Assembly: GCA_043228905.1 (NCBI GenBank)
Contig: JBHGNT010000020.1
Location: 5,828,001 to 5,892,000, forward strand
DNA length: 64,000 nt
Reading direction: 5' to 3'
Source: Azolla caroliniana
Taxonomy: Eukaryota > Plantae > Polypodiophyta
Under the pieces are notes generated by a model. The model saw only the letters and a program-made list of their open reading frames with translations. It searched no databases and was not told where the DNA came from. The position numbers and the translations under genes are program-made. Of this stretch, positions 63,605 to 64,000 are shown piece by piece. Every line of letters begins with the position of its first letter. Position 1 is the stretch's first letter.

Positions 63605-64000
63605 GTTTTCAGGAGTAAGGAAGGAAGTTCAGCCAATATGGGAGATATTGAGTAGTACCACTGTCTATCACATTTGGAAAGCTCGGTGTTCTCTCGTTTT
63701 CCATAATCTGAAAACACCACCTGCTGAAGTGATTTCAAATATTTGGTTAGAGATAGTTCATGCTTTGAAGGGTCAATGGGATGGTATAGTGGGAGATTCT
63801 GATGCTAAAATTGCTCAACGGCATGAGTTTCTTATTATCTGGACAGCTACTCCATTTGTGACATCCAGGTACACTACTCCTTATTGGCATTTTCAGCCAC
63901 CGAAATGGTTGTTTCCCCCGCCGATTACATAGAGGTTTAAAATCTTGTAATTTGTTTATACTAATGACAGGATATCTTCTTAAAAAAAAAAAAAAAAAAA
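63605..64000 (+). mobile_element. 5'-truncated L1-like LINE: ORF2 C-terminus, 3' UTR and poly(A)
   Basis: YHIWKARCSLVF resembles the WxIWxxRNxxxF motif. Stop at 63932 and an A-run from 63982 to the window end. The left boundary is approximate. Confidence 0.75.

Overview
This window is eukaryotic heterochromatin-like DNA made almost entirely of nested retrotransposons; I found no host gene. The host is probably a non-seed plant such as a moss, inferred from a Tcn1-like chromovirus and a Gypsy element primed by tRNA-Trp. I resolve about 17 LTR elements or fragments plus a 5'-truncated LINE, six of them with exact 5-bp target-site duplications (TSDs). Only one element is intact: a Copia at 24871-30337 with apparently identical 292-bp LTRs and a 1337-aa gag-pol. 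The most interesting signals are four. (i) A Tat-like Gypsy family (4 copies) has no polypurine tract (PPT) but a conserved, covarying hairpin motif before the 3' LTR, and 3 copies retain parts of a 3' accessory ORF. (ii) In many unrelated elements an inverted repeat places the PPT/LTR junction in a hairpin loop. (iii) A Copia family has a long RNase H C-terminal extension between two PPT copies, with a synonymously varying TWSDVVxG motif. (iv) The chromovirus shows Tf1-type self-priming and a -1 frameshift signal. All calls are by eye, and lineage names are inferences.
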